Shown here one piece after another: positions 12,117 through 22,734 of a stretch of 64,000 nt of DNA. This DNA comes from Candidatus Velesiimonas alkalicola. Its GTDB lineage: Bacteria; Omnitrophota; Gorgyraeia; Velesiimonadales; Velesiimonadaceae. The notes beneath the pieces were generated by a model, which saw only the letters and a list, made by a program, of their open reading frames with translations, had not been told where the DNA came from and ran no database searches. The first letter of the stretch is position 1. The number at the start of each line of letters is the position of its first letter. The stretch spans positions 64,115-128,114 of the forward strand of contig NDHX01000003.1 in NCBI GenBank assembly GCA_013626165.1, in the 5' to 3' direction. Made by a program: the position numbers and the translations under genes.

Positions 12117-13186
12117 ATGTTTTTTCTTATGACACTTGAATTTATTGCCATTGCCTTCTGTGATAATATTGTTCTTAAAAGGCAGATCTCATTTTCTTTT
12201 GAAAAAAAATATCCCGCAATTACAGGAAAACCAAACGCAATCCTCCTTGAAAGGATAGAAAAATCTTTTCTTAGCTTTAACTCGGCTTTTTCCACTTCTT
12301 CAAGCACAGTGGTCAGGTCTTTAACTTCCATTCCAATCTTTGCAATGTCCTCTAAATGTGTTCTTATTAATTTAGTCCATAAAGTAGATAACGGCTCTTC
12401 AAACAATTCAAGATATATCCTTCTATCAATAAATCCGCCATTGATAAGCCCTATCTTTATCATTGCATAGCGAGATTCTGGCGCCATTTCCTGCCCGAAG
12501 GGTTGGGTGTTTGTAATAAACTGTAAAGATTTTTTAAGATTATAAAACCTTAAAAATATTTTTAAGTTTAAGATGTCTATTTTAAATCTGAAGTAATTAT
12601 GGAGAAAGAAAAGATTTTTATTAGAAACAATATCAAGTGCCTTTTCCATCCCCAACCTGTCTATTACAACATCACCTGCCTGAATATCTTTTGTTTCTTC
12701 AAATATTTTTTTTGCCTGTTCAAGAATCGGAAAAAGAATGCTCCTGCATTCTTTGGAACACTTCTCTTCCTTGATTAAAAAGATTATCTGTTCAGAAGAG
12801 AAATTTCCATATTCTAAAATGTTTTCTTTTATTTCCTGATTTGTAATTTTTGATTTAAAAAGTATTTTAAGATTATAGATATCCCAGGTTAGCCTTATTG
12901 CAAATACACCCACATTCTTCTCTGTAATCTTATCTACAAGAAGCAGAACACTTAAAAGATGTCTTTTTAAGACAATCTCCCACTGAGAAGGACTTTTAAG
13001 TTCATTTATAAGATTTTGATAATCCTGATATTCGGCAAGTATTCTCAGTGCCGCTTCAAGATTATCTGCTTTAAGCATTCTGTTTATAGAATCCAAAGGA
13101 AGCAACCTTGTTTCTAATACCCTTATCCTTCCGACAGAAGAAAGCATTAAAGGTTTTTCCTGAATAAATGCTACATTTTCGTACAT
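12110..13186 (-). CDS. atpC: V/A-type ATP synthase subunit C
   Basis: GRIRVLETRLL N-terminus, DIYNLK, IDILNL, KENEI...LR C-terminus; operon position. Confidence 0.88.
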   Translation of the reverse strand: MYENVAFIQEKPLMLSSVGRIRVLETRLLPLDSINRMLKADNLEAALRILAEYQDYQNLINELKSPSQWEIVLKRHLLSVLLLVDKITEKNVGVFAIRLTWDIYNLKILFKSKITNQEIKENILEYGNFSSEQIIFLIKEEKCSKECRSILFPILEQAKKIFEETKDIQAGDVVIDRLGMEKALDIVSNKNLFFLHNYFRFKIDILNLKIFLRFYNLKKSLQFITNTQPFGQEMAPESRYAMIKIGLINGGFIDRRIYLELFEEPLSTLWTKLIRTHLEDIAKIGMEVKDLTTVLEEVEKAELKLRKDFSILSRRIAFGFPVIAGYFFSKENEICLLRTILSQKAMAINSSVIRKNIW

Positions 13187-13188
13187 TT

Positions 13189-13794
13189 CTATTTCTCAAA
13201 TGGTTCAAATAATACACTTGCAGACTCTGTTTCAATTTTTTCTTTTATTGAGGAAATTATACTTGATATCCTGCAGTCTGTAAAAACTTTCTTCCCCTTT
13301 ACTATAAATCCCATATCTATTGAATTATCAATAATTATATTTAACTCTGGATGGATCCCTTTTCTTATCAACTCCTGTTCTATATCTTTCCAGAAATCTT
13401 CATCCATTTTCTGTTTATCAAAAACCGAGATACAGATATCTTCACTGCCGGAAACAATACTCCTTAAAAGAAGGGACCTGTAAAACTCCCGGTGTTTGTC
13501 TTTTTTTATATTTTTAAACTCTTCTTTTGCATCTTCAAATACGGAATCCAAGAGGTCTCTTTTAAGATCAAGAAGTTCCTGCTTTAGACGCATCTGCATT
13601 CTTATCAGTTCCATTCTTTTTTTTGATTCTGCCTCCTCTTTTCTTTTACTTAAAATTTCTAATTTTTTTACTTGCGCATTTTTTGAAGATTCTAAAAGAA
13701 TCTCATTAACGGATAAATCCGCCTCCTTTAATATAACATCTGCCTTGTTTTTGGCATCCTGTATTATTTTTTCAACTATTTTTTCTACTGCCAT
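13189..13794 (-). CDS. atpE: V/A-type ATP synthase subunit E
   Basis: MAVEKIVEKIIQDAK coiled-coil N-terminus, 201 aa, between K and C. Confidence 0.85.
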   Translation of the reverse strand: MAVEKIVEKIIQDAKNKADVILKEADLSVNEILLESSKNAQVKKLEILSKRKEEAESKKRMELIRMQMRLKQELLDLKRDLLDSVFEDAKEEFKNIKKDKHREFYRSLLLRSIVSGSEDICISVFDKQKMDEDFWKDIEQELIRKGIHPELNIIIDNSIDMGFIVKGKKVFTDCRISSIISSIKEKIETESASVLFEPFEK

Positions 13795-14270
13795 TACACC
13801 TTTACCCCGCCAAGAAGAATAAATGCAGAAACAAGTCCAAGAACACCATATATTTCAACAAATGCAGGGACAATAATAGCCTTGCCGGTTTCTTCTTCTT
13901 TTTTTGCAACAATACCAATTGCAGCAGCAGCAGCCTTACCCTGGTATATGGCAGATACCATTTCAACAAGTCCTATGGGCAGACATATAAAGAATATCTG
14001 CAATCCTACCCCTGTGGAAACTGTTGTGATAGGTTCTGTAAAAAACTGAAGTCTCATCATCACAAGAAATCCTATAAGAAGTGAATAAAAACCCTGTGTC
14101 CCCGGAAGACCGATAAAAGGTATAAGCTTGCCAAACTTTTGAGGTTCTTCTGTTATTACCCCTGCTGCCATCTGACCGGCAAGCCCAACACCGATACTTG
14201 AACCTATCCCACCCAATGCAATAACAGATGCCATTCCTAATATTGCCAGTGTAAATCCTAACATCTCCAT
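13794..14270 (-). CDS. atpK: V/A-type ATP synthase subunit K (4-TM proteolipid, Na+-type signature)
   Basis: GIGSSIGVG, LPGTQGFY, SAIYQG, FVEIYG; resembles Enterococcus NtpK. Confidence 0.93.
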   Translation of the reverse strand: MEMLGFTLAILGMASVIALGGIGSSIGVGLAGQMAAGVITEEPQKFGKLIPFIGLPGTQGFYSLLIGFLVMMRLQFFTEPITTVSTGVGLQIFFICLPIGLVEMVSAIYQGKAAAAAIGIVAKKEEETGKAIIVPAFVEIYGVLGLVSAFILLGGVKV

Positions 14271-14323
14271 ATTCCTCCTTTTATATTCTGTATCCCGTTG
14301 CCCGTATTTCGTTGTCCGTTTTT

Positions 14324-16363
14324 TTACGGTATACGAACGACGGCTTCTACAAACGGCAGGTTTTTTACCGCCACATATTTTGTTTTAACTGAAAACGGAA
14401 CAAATGTTTTACCTCCGCCTTTAAAAAATTTCGAAAAAAATTCCACAAACTGCAATCTGCTTGTATGTATTAAGGCACCGAGAATATTTATAGCAATTGC
14501 AAATGTGTGCCCAAATAGAATAATTAAAAAACCCACTGTTATTCCCGCCAGAGGCCCTATTACCGGAAGTGCCCAGAAAATCTGTCCAGTCTGTACTGCA
14601 AGCATATTGACTGTTGTTGCCATAACACCTGTTACAAGTCCAAGCGCCCATAATCTGCTGTATGAAAGAACATCAGCCAGAAACCCAGCCCAGGCATTAT
14701 ATGCGGAATAAAAACCGTTAAATATTCTAAATCCTATATTATTATATGACCTTCCTGCAAATATAATTATTCCTGCTGTTCCTAAACTTAAAAATATTAG
14801 AAACATATTCTTTAAATTTCCAGGTGCCACTCCTGTACTAGAAAATATCATACCAAGTATTCCTGTAAGCAAAATCAGCATAAAACCCTGGTCCATTATT
14901 GCATCTCTCCATAAATTATTTTTTATATTGTTTATCAGTCCTGCAATGTTGCCGCATAGTATATGGACAACACCTAGCCCCAGTGCAATAAGCATAAGGT
15001 TCATTGCATTCTGTGGGTTTGCCATAGGATCAAGCACACCAATCCGCGCGGTAAAATCTGCTGCCGGCTTGAATACAGGAAAACTGTTTGCAAGCATAGA
15101 GGGAGCGTTCCCAAACCAGCCGCCGCAAAGTGCACCAAAAAATATTGTTGATATACCTCCTAAACACAAAATCCATAGAAGATAAAATACTTCTCCTCTG
15201 GGCTTAAATTTTAAGATTGCCCATATGGATAATAAAAAAATAACAATCCCATATCCTGCATCTGTAAGGCAGAAACCAAAGAATATGAAAAAGAAAGGGG
15301 CAAGAAAAGGTGTTGGGTCTATTTCAAATCTCTGCGGCACACCATATACATTTGTGATATATTCAAAGGGTTTTATCGGCTGTTTGTTTTCAAGAACAAC
15401 AGGAGGATTATCCGTTTTTTGGGGTTCAGATATAATAACCTCGCACAAAATTTGCTTTTCTTTAATCAATTTCAACAAAATATTAGTATCTTTCTTACAA
15501 ATCCAACCCTGGAATACAATGGTTTTTTTTGAGGCCTTTGTGCTTGATAAGGCAATGTTTCTTTCTTTTTTCAGATATAAAAAATCGTAAACAGACATTA
15601 TAGAAAAAAGAGAAGGAAGAAATTCTTTTGCCTGTTTTACTACTGTATTATATCCATCTGCTAAGGCATTAATATCTTTATTCAGTCTTTCTATGTTTTC
15701 TTTTACAGTTCCCTTCAAGTGATGTAAGCGCACATACTGAAAACTAAATGACTTTAAAATAGAAGATATTTCCTCCTCGTCTTCTTTCCTGTGTGCAACA
15801 AGAAGATAAGCATTTTCCTCATCCTCTCTGATTATACTAATTGCAACAGATATGTTTGTTTTTTTAATATTTTCTTCAAAAGCACTTTTTACCTTTACAG
15901 GAATAATCCCAAGATATATACTGCAAAGTTTTGTTGAACAGGTGTTCTCAAGATGAACATTTAAGCCTTCCCAGTTTTGTAACGATTTTATTTCAAGAGA
16001 TATTCTGTTTTTTTCAGCAGTAATCTCTTTAAGGACGCGGTCAGATTGATAACACCTGCTATAAATATCCCTCCATTGGGAGTGGATTGCACTTTCTTGT
16101 ATCTGTTTAAAAGTAAAAACAGGCCTTCTTTTTAAAATTCTTCCCTTTTGAAAATCCGATAAAAAACCTATTGTGTACTCAAGATGTGCAATATCTGCAT
16201 CAATACTTGAAAAATCTACTTTTTCATTAAAATTATAAAATTCAAGGTAAGAAGATGCCTCTTCAAGATGGACAACCCCTGCCTGTTGTAGCAGACTTAA
16301 AACAATGTCCTGTTCTTCTTTAAGAAAAACAATATTTATCTTATTAATCTTTGCAATGGCCAT
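14324..16363 (-). CDS. atpI: V/A-type ATP synthase subunit I
   Basis: PPVVLEN, YGVP...EIDPTP, TDAGYG, DVLSYSRLWALGL, HTSRLQFVEFF. Confidence 0.95.
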   Translation of the reverse strand: MAIAKINKINIVFLKEEQDIVLSLLQQAGVVHLEEASSYLEFYNFNEKVDFSSIDADIAHLEYTIGFLSDFQKGRILKRRPVFTFKQIQESAIHSQWRDIYSRCYQSDRVLKEITAEKNRISLEIKSLQNWEGLNVHLENTCSTKLCSIYLGIIPVKVKSAFEENIKKTNISVAISIIREDEENAYLLVAHRKEDEEEISSILKSFSFQYVRLHHLKGTVKENIERLNKDINALADGYNTVVKQAKEFLPSLFSIMSVYDFLYLKKERNIALSSTKASKKTIVFQGWICKKDTNILLKLIKEKQILCEVIISEPQKTDNPPVVLENKQPIKPFEYITNVYGVPQRFEIDPTPFLAPFFFIFFGFCLTDAGYGIVIFLLSIWAILKFKPRGEVFYLLWILCLGGISTIFFGALCGGWFGNAPSMLANSFPVFKPAADFTARIGVLDPMANPQNAMNLMLIALGLGVVHILCGNIAGLINNIKNNLWRDAIMDQGFMLILLTGILGMIFSSTGVAPGNLKNMFLIFLSLGTAGIIIFAGRSYNNIGFRIFNGFYSAYNAWAGFLADVLSYSRLWALGLVTGVMATTVNMLAVQTGQIFWALPVIGPLAGITVGFLIILFGHTFAIAINILGALIHTSRLQFVEFFSKFFKGGGKTFVPFSVKTKYVAVKNLPFVEAVVRIP

Positions 16364-16434
16364 ATAATTTGCCTCTGTCTAAATAGGGTCCACAAGGTGT
16401 CAGAGCACCAGAGCACCAGTGCACCAGTTGTCTT

Positions 16435-17322
16435 TTAAGTTTCACAGGGCCTGCCCTTAACCTGTCCGGGGATTTTTGAACTTTCTAAAAATGCCTGCGG
16501 TAGGTATGAAATTATATCGCCAGCAAGGAGTGATGTCATACCAACCTTTTTTACCGCCATATCTGCTGCAAGCCCGTGGATATAAACAGCACAACAGCTC
16601 GCCTCATAGGCTTGTATTTTCATTCCAAGGAATGCCCCGATTATACCGCTTAATACATCTCCTGTTCCCCCTGATGCCATTCCGGGATTACCGGTATTAT
16701 TTATATAAATATTATTTCCATCCGTGCAGACTGTTCTGTGCCCTTTCAAAACAACTATACAATTCCATCTTTCAGCAATGGATTTTGAAATTCCAACCCT
16801 GTCTTTTTGTATTAATTCAACAGACATGCCCGTAAGTTGTGACATCTCACCAGGATGGGGAGTTAATACTGTTGGATGTTTTCTTGAGGCAATAATATCC
16901 CGGTGTTTTTTTAAAGGGTAAAGCGCATCTGCATCTATAACTACCGGAATGTTAATTTTACTTAACAAGCCTAAAACAAATTTCTGTGTATTTTTTGCTC
17001 TTGAAATACCTGGCCCTATAACAACACTATCAATGTTTTTTATAAAATTAAAAATCTTTTTTTTAGATGACAGAGTAAAACTTCCCTGTTTATCGGAAAC
17101 AGGTAAAGTGGTAGCCTCTATAACCCGGGATGCAATTATTGGATGGACAGAAGAAGGAACTGCAAGTGTTACAAGCCCTGCACCTGAACGCAGAGCCCCC
17201 TGTGAACACAAATATACCGCACCTGTATAGCAGGTTGAACCAGAAATAATAAGTATATGCCCGTAATCTTTCTTATGAGTATCTTTTTTTCTTTTTAAAA
17301 AATCGAAAGATAAAGGCTTCAA
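16435..17322 (-). CDS. nnrD: ADP-dependent NAD(P)H-hydrate dehydratase (YjeF C-terminal domain only)
   Basis: HKKDYGH, VVIGPG, VIDADAL, LTPHPGEM, LKGHRT, MASGGTGDVLSG. Confidence 0.92.
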   Translation of the reverse strand: MKPLSFDFLKRKKDTHKKDYGHILIISGSTCYTGAVYLCSQGALRSGAGLVTLAVPSSVHPIIASRVIEATTLPVSDKQGSFTLSSKKKIFNFIKNIDSVVIGPGISRAKNTQKFVLGLLSKINIPVVIDADALYPLKKHRDIIASRKHPTVLTPHPGEMSQLTGMSVELIQKDRVGISKSIAERWNCIVVLKGHRTVCTDGNNIYINNTGNPGMASGGTGDVLSGIIGAFLGMKIQAYEASCCAVYIHGLAADMAVKKVGMTSLLAGDIISYLPQAFLESSKIPGQVKGRPCET

Positions 17323-17329
17323 TACTTAA

Positions 17330-17716
17330 TTATTCCTTTCTTTCAAAGATAGCACCTGCAATAGCGTATTCTTTGCAATGAGAAATACTTAAATGCAGTA
17401 TATCTTCATCTTGTTTAAACCCTGATAAATTTTTTTTACTATTTAGCTTTATGTTCGGTCTGCCTGAAGATTCTTTCACAATCTCTACATTTTTCCAAAC
17501 AAGTGCATAATCAAACCTTTTTTCTGAAAGTGCTTTAAGAACAGATTCTTTTGCTGCAAAACGTGCTGCAAGATGTTCTTCTGGGCAACTTTTAAAAAGA
17601 CAGTATCTTATTTCGTCTTGCGTAAATATTTTTTCTAAAAACTTCGTTCCCCATTTTTTCCAGACCTTCAAAAAACGGGGAACACTTACTATATCTATTC
17701 CAACTCCAAGTATCAT
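17330..17716 (-). CDS. acpS: Holo-[acyl-carrier-protein] synthase
   Basis: GVGIDIV, LAARFAAKESVLKA, HLSISH. Confidence 0.95.
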   Translation of the reverse strand: MILGVGIDIVSVPRFLKVWKKWGTKFLEKIFTQDEIRYCLFKSCPEEHLAARFAAKESVLKALSEKRFDYALVWKNVEIVKESSGRPNIKLNSKKNLSGFKQDEDILHLSISHCKEYAIAGAIFERKE

Positions 17717-17752
17717 TGAGTCCCTTTAAGGGCCTGTTGTGTAGCCTGCCCT

Positions 17753-18724
17753 TTATGCCTGACCTGCACTTCCGAGAATCTGACACTTTTCTACATACAT
17801 CTTTTTCAATTCCTCTCTTGCAGGACCTAAGTATTTGCGGGGGTCAAACTCTTTTGGATTTTCTGCAAGGTATTTTCTAATCATCGCTGTCATAACAAGT
17901 CTTCCATCAGAATCTATATTAACCTTGCATACTGCTGATTTTACAGCTCTTTTTATCTGATCTTCCGAAACACCGGCGGTTTGTTCAAGTTTTCCTCCAT
18001 ATTTATTTATTATATTCACATACTCCTGCAATACCGAAGATGCACCATGCAAAACTATCGGAAAGCCGGGAAGCTTTTTTTCACATTCTTCAAGTATATC
18101 AAACCTCAAAGGCGGAATAGATTCTCCAGGTTTTACCTTAAACTTATATACCCCATGTGATGTGCCTATTGATATTGCAAGACTATCAACTGATGTTTTT
18201 TTTACAAAATCTTCAACCTGTCCGGGGTCCGTATAATGCGATTTTTCCGAAACTACATGCTCTTCAATGCCTGCTAAAACTCCGAGTTCTCCTTCTACCG
18301 TTACATCACACCTGTGTGCATACTCAACAACCTCGCTTGTGGTCTCTATATTTTTCTCATAAGGAAGTGATGAACCGTCTATCATAACATTTGAAAATCC
18401 GTAATCTATGCAACTTTTACAAAGTTCAAAAGAATCTCCGTGGTCAAGATTTAGTGCAATGGGAATATTGCCACCTGTCTCTTTTGCTATTTCAACCGCA
18501 CCCGACACCATATATCTTAAAAGTGTCTGGTTTGTATACTGTCTTGCACCCTTGGATATCTGCAATATAACAGGCGATCTACATTCTACGCAGGCCATAA
18601 TTATTGCCTGCAATTGTTCCATATTATTAAAATTGTAGCCGGGTATGCCGTATCCTTTCTGCATTGCATTTTTAAACATTTCTTTTGTATTCACAAGCCC
18701 TAAACTTTTAAAATTTACTGCCAT
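17753..18724 (-). CDS. fba: Class II fructose-bisphosphate aldolase
   Basis: LNLDHG, VMIDGS, VEGELG, SIGTSHG, VLHGAS, KVNIDSD; start moved to ATG 18724 after GGAGG. Confidence 0.95.
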   Translation of the reverse strand: MAVNFKSLGLVNTKEMFKNAMQKGYGIPGYNFNNMEQLQAIIMACVECRSPVILQISKGARQYTNQTLLRYMVSGAVEIAKETGGNIPIALNLDHGDSFELCKSCIDYGFSNVMIDGSSLPYEKNIETTSEVVEYAHRCDVTVEGELGVLAGIEEHVVSEKSHYTDPGQVEDFVKKTSVDSLAISIGTSHGVYKFKVKPGESIPPLRFDILEECEKKLPGFPIVLHGASSVLQEYVNIINKYGGKLEQTAGVSEDQIKRAVKSAVCKVNIDSDGRLVMTAMIRKYLAENPKEFDPRKYLGPAREELKKMYVEKCQILGSAGQA

Positions 18725-18838
18725 TGTTTTCCTCCCCATATCAAGATTCACCGTTCTCCTCACCGAGACACCAGGACACCTGTCACCAGGAACCAATCAC
18801 CACTTTTTCCCCTACCTACTATCTACTACCTCCTGTTT

Positions 18839-19795
18839 CTACTGTGCCAGTATGTCTACAATATTGTACAGTCTTATATTAATCTTTAGTCTTTCCCTGT
18901 TTTCAAATGGGACAAGAACTATTTTGCCATTTTTCATACCAACAAAACACCTTGTCCTTCCTTTTAAAAGAGCATCCACTGCTGTGTATCCAAACTGTGT
19001 AGCAATTATTCTATCCTGTGCGGTTGGGCTTCCTCCTCTTTGAACATGGCCAAGAACAGTTACCCTTACATCATAGTCTGTATGCTTTCTTATAAATTCT
19101 GCAACTTTTTCGCCTCTTATTGCGCCCTCTGCAACAACTATTATCCAGCTTTTTTTTCCTTTCTGACGCCCCGTTTTTATCTGTTGACAAACATTTTTTA
19201 TATCAAACCTGTGTTCAGGAATAAGAACATCCTCAGCGCCTCCTGCAAGTGCTGAAAAAAGTGCAAGAAAACCACTATCCCCTCCCATCACCTCAACGAT
19301 AAATATCTTTTCCAAACTTGTGGCTGTGTCTCTTATCCTGTCTATAGCATCAAGGGCAGTATTAACTGCTGTATCAAATCCTATGCATATATCTGTCCCT
19401 GATACATCATTGTCTATTGTCTTTGGCACACCAACACATCTTACATTAAAATTTTTACTTAAGCACCCGGCTCCTTTTAAAGAACCATTCCCCCCTATTA
19501 CCACAAGCCCATCTATGTTATATTTAAGAAGTGTTTGATATGCTTTTCGTTGTTCTGATATTTTATAGAAATTTTCACACCTTGCAGTTTTAAGTATTGT
19601 CCCTCCTAAATGAATTATATTGCTTACATCACTTCTATCCATCTTGAAAACCTCTCCCTCAATAAGTCCCTGGTATCCTCTTCTTATACCATAAACCTCA
19701 AGTTCTTTTGAAAGAGAGTATCGGACAACAGCCCTTATACAGGCATTTAAACCCGGACAATCCCCGCCACTTGTTACAACTGCAATCCTTTTCAC
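18839..19795 (-). CDS. pfkA: 6-phosphofructokinase
   Basis: TSGGDCPGLN, GGNGS, PKTIDND, VEVMGG, LGHVQRGG. Confidence 0.96.
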   Translation of the reverse strand: MKRIAVVTSGGDCPGLNACIRAVVRYSLSKELEVYGIRRGYQGLIEGEVFKMDRSDVSNIIHLGGTILKTARCENFYKISEQRKAYQTLLKYNIDGLVVIGGNGSLKGAGCLSKNFNVRCVGVPKTIDNDVSGTDICIGFDTAVNTALDAIDRIRDTATSLEKIFIVEVMGGDSGFLALFSALAGGAEDVLIPEHRFDIKNVCQQIKTGRQKGKKSWIIVVAEGAIRGEKVAEFIRKHTDYDVRVTVLGHVQRGGSPTAQDRIIATQFGYTAVDALLKGRTRCFVGMKNGKIVLVPFENRERLKINIRLYNIVDILAQ

Positions 19796-19821
19796 TTTTA
19801 GAGCCCGCCTTTTTATCTACT

Positions 19822-21471
19822 TTAAGGTACGACAGGAAGTATCAGGGCAGACCTTTGTGCCTGTTTTTTTAATTTCTCAAACCAATCGGCAAATTTTTCC
19901 TGCCTTTTTTTCATAAAAATAAAACTGTAATATTTATCTTTTGTTTTTTCAAATTCTTCACCATTGGCATCTATAATACCTTCTATATACGCAAAACCAT
20001 AACCTTTTTCAAGTCTTAAAATGCTTGATAATTCAGATTTTTCTAAATTAAAAATATCAAGTATCTGTCCTGCTGCCTGACCTATACCCTCTATATATCC
20101 TTGTCTGACAAATGGCTCAGGTCTTAATATCTTCACAGAAAGTTCCTTCGCCATATTATCTATATTTTCCCCATTAAAAACATTGCTTTTAAATTTATTT
20201 AGAAGTTCCTCTACTGTTTGCTTTGAAAGATTACCTGTTTTTTCTTTAATAATTATATTTTTTACCCTATCTTTTACTTCTTCAACAGGTTGGATATATT
20301 CTGTTTTTCTGTCTTTCAGTCTTATAAAATAACTACCTGAATTTGTCCTGATTATGTCACTTACCTGATTTTTGCCAAGAGAGAAGGCAACATCTCCTAT
20401 CTGTTCTGAGTAACCAATATCCTGAATTTGTCCATCCCGGGTAAAAAACGGACTTTCCTTTATTTGCAGGTTATATTTTTTTGCAATCTCATCTAAAATT
20501 TTTGCCTTTAATTCTACAGTTGCGGATTCTTCTTTTTCAATAAGTTCAATTGATATCTTGTCTGCTATGTATTCAACAAGCCTCAACGCCTCTGCCTGTG
20601 TTAATCTTTGTCTGATTTCTTCTTTTACTTCTTCAAGCGGTTTATACTCATTCTTCTTCTCCTGTGATATATCCTCCGACACCTCTTGTGTGTCCTGTTT
20701 TTTAAATTCTTCTCTGTATTTTTTATAAAAGTTTTCTATACTTTCATCACTTATTTTAACTTTTGCCTGCATATCCTGCTTTGTAATCCCGATATAATCA
20801 ACCCTCACCTGTTCAGGCATTGTAAATTCTTCCCTGTGTTTGTTATAGTATTTAAGAATCTCTTCTTCTGTTGCAGAAACCTTTTGACGAAAGAGTTCTT
20901 TGTCTGCAACAACAAATATAGCCTTTATCTTTTGTGTTCTTCTGGTAAATTCTTCCCTTACCTCTTCATCCGATACAGTAATACCTGCAACAATCCTTTC
21001 TCTTAATTTTTCAAGAAGTAATGATTCTTTTATGATAGACTCAAATGTTCTGGGAGTTATCTGCAGGACAAATTGAAGAAATTGTTGATAACGGTTCTGA
21101 TTGAAACCCTGTTCATCTCTAAAAAACGGGAATCCTTCTATCTGTCTTATAACCTCCTTGTCGGTTACCCTTATACCCTGTCTTCTGGCTTCTCTTAATA
21201 ATATTAAGCGTTCCCATGCCCGCTCCTCAATATTTAAAAACCTTCTAAACCTCTCAAACTGTTCCCCATACAAAAGACGGGACTCTATTTCAGTGGAAAA
21301 AATGCTATTATAATATTTTTCCATTGAAATATTTTTACCAAATATTTGACCTGCGTATTCTCTGGGCTCGCCTATCATTCCAGGACCCCAGAACAGAAAT
21401 GTAAAGATAACTATAATAGTGATCCCGACAAGAAGTGTCCTCATATTTTTTCTTAATACCTGAAATAACAT
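19822..21471 (-). CDS. SurA N-terminal domain / PpiD-like membrane-anchored chaperone
   Basis: N-terminal anchor, SurA_N helices (VTDKEV...F...GFNQNRY), rotamase-like repeats (PEQVRVDYI, SDIIRTNSGSYFIRL). Confidence 0.82.
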   Translation of the reverse strand: MLFQVLRKNMRTLLVGITIIVIFTFLFWGPGMIGEPREYAGQIFGKNISMEKYYNSIFSTEIESRLLYGEQFERFRRFLNIEERAWERLILLREARRQGIRVTDKEVIRQIEGFPFFRDEQGFNQNRYQQFLQFVLQITPRTFESIIKESLLLEKLRERIVAGITVSDEEVREEFTRRTQKIKAIFVVADKELFRQKVSATEEEILKYYNKHREEFTMPEQVRVDYIGITKQDMQAKVKISDESIENFYKKYREEFKKQDTQEVSEDISQEKKNEYKPLEEVKEEIRQRLTQAEALRLVEYIADKISIELIEKEESATVELKAKILDEIAKKYNLQIKESPFFTRDGQIQDIGYSEQIGDVAFSLGKNQVSDIIRTNSGSYFIRLKDRKTEYIQPVEEVKDRVKNIIIKEKTGNLSKQTVEELLNKFKSNVFNGENIDNMAKELSVKILRPEPFVRQGYIEGIGQAAGQILDIFNLEKSELSSILRLEKGYGFAYIEGIIDANGEEFEKTKDKYYSFIFMKKRQEKFADWFEKLKKQAQRSALILPVVP

Positions 21472-21480
21472 ATCTTTCCT

Positions 21481-21882
21481 CTATTTTATTTTTAAAGGTC
21501 TACCCTTTGTAGCACTTTTATAGATTGCATCTATAATCTCCAGTACAATCAGCCCTTCCTCACCAGTCATTGTATGATGCGTATTGTTAACTATACTATC
21601 AACTAAATTGTCCTGGCTTCAAGATGTGGTTACAGGTTGACACTCCAGAACCTCTTCTTTTTCATTTTCTATCTTAACAGAATCGTAGGCTAAATTCAAG
21701 TTTTCTTGCACCTCCTTTTTGCCTTTGATTGATTCCGGTATTTTTACTTTACCCCTTTCCTCTAACCTTTTAGGGTCCATATCTGACCCTGCCACAACTT
21801 CCGCCATCGGGTGGCTCATATGTCCTTTGATGTGAAAATATCCTACCCCAAGTCCAATAACACCTACCCTTAATTTTTTCAT
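21481..21882 (-). pseudogene. Gfo/Idh/MocA oxidoreductase pseudogene with its centre replaced by an IS remnant
   Basis: N-terminus MKKLRVGVIGLGVGYFHI...VVAGSD from 21882; C-terminus NLVDSIVNN...TGEEGLIVLEIIDAIYKSATKGRPLKIK* ends at 21481; the central region is absent. Confidence 0.8.
21609..21705. mobile_element. IS-end remnant, copy 2 (inverted relative to 2780-2876)
   Basis: Reverse complement GAGGTTCTGGAGTGTCAACCTGTAACCACATCTTGAAGCCAGGACA versus GAGGTTCTGGAGTCTCAACTTGTAACCACATCTTGAAGCCAGGACA at 2831-2876. Confidence 0.7.
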
Positions 21883-21902
21883 ACATTTCCTTTACATATC
21901 TT

Positions 21903-22712
21903 TTACATTTTCTGAATAATCCCAGTTTTACCAAAATCAACACTCACCGCAGAAATTTTTTCAAGAGGATTTGAAACATTTGGGCAGGAGTCCTGAATAA
22001 ATATATTAGGAGCAGCCCATTTACATGCATTTGTAATAACCTTGATTATCTGTGAATTATAATATATAGGATATGTTTCATGACCAGGCCTGAAGTAAAA
22101 TATTTTTCCGGCCCCTCGCCTAAATGTTATACCACTTCTAAAAACTTCTCCACCCTCAAACCAAGAGATAAAGATTATTTCATCAGGATCTGGGATATCA
22201 AAACGTTCTCCATACATTTCTGTGTTTGGAAGTTCAATATATTCTCCAATACCTTCTGTAATAAGATGAGAAGGCTGAATGTTCCATAGCCTTTCCTTTT
22301 CAGCAGCCTCACGCCATTTCAAAGAGCAGTTTGTCCCAAGTAAAACCCTGAATATCTTTGAGTAATGCCCCGAATGAAGAACAATCAGCCCCATACCCTC
22401 AAGTATTCTATTTTGAACTTTTTTTACAATTTCATCTTTTACCTCATTATGTGCAATATGTCCCCACCATATAAGAACATCTGTAGAATTTATCACTTCA
22501 TCTGTCAAACCATGTGAAGGCTCGTCAAGAGTGGCAGTTTTGATCTTAAACCGTAGATATGGGATCAAAAACTGGCTTTGTTTCTTTAAACCTTTGGCAA
22601 TGACGGTATGCATGCCCTGGGGGTAAATCTTTTTGACTGCTTCATTTTTTCTTTCATGTCTAAACTCGTTCCAGATGGTTATTCTTACTTTTTTATCCAA
22701 ATTGGGATTCAT
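21903..22712 (-). CDS. thuA: ThuA (trehalose utilisation) domain protein
   Basis: [54 protein letters not shown]. Confidence 0.9.
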   Translation of the reverse strand: MNPNLDKKVRITIWNEFRHERKNEAVKKIYPQGMHTVIAKGLKKQSQFLIPYLRFKIKTATLDEPSHGLTDEVINSTDVLIWWGHIAHNEVKDEIVKKVQNRILEGMGLIVLHSGHYSKIFRVLLGTNCSLKWREAAEKERLWNIQPSHLITEGIGEYIELPNTEMYGERFDIPDPDEIIFISWFEGGEVFRSGITFRRGAGKIFYFRPGHETYPIYYNSQIIKVITNACKWAAPNIFIQDSCPNVSNPLEKISAVSVDFGKTGIIQKM

Positions 22713-22734
22713 ATCTCTTCTTTATTTATGCAAA

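Noticed and set aside
21619-21882. 87-aa ORF as a functional small protein
   Set aside because: Chimera of an oxidoreductase N-terminus and IS-end sequence
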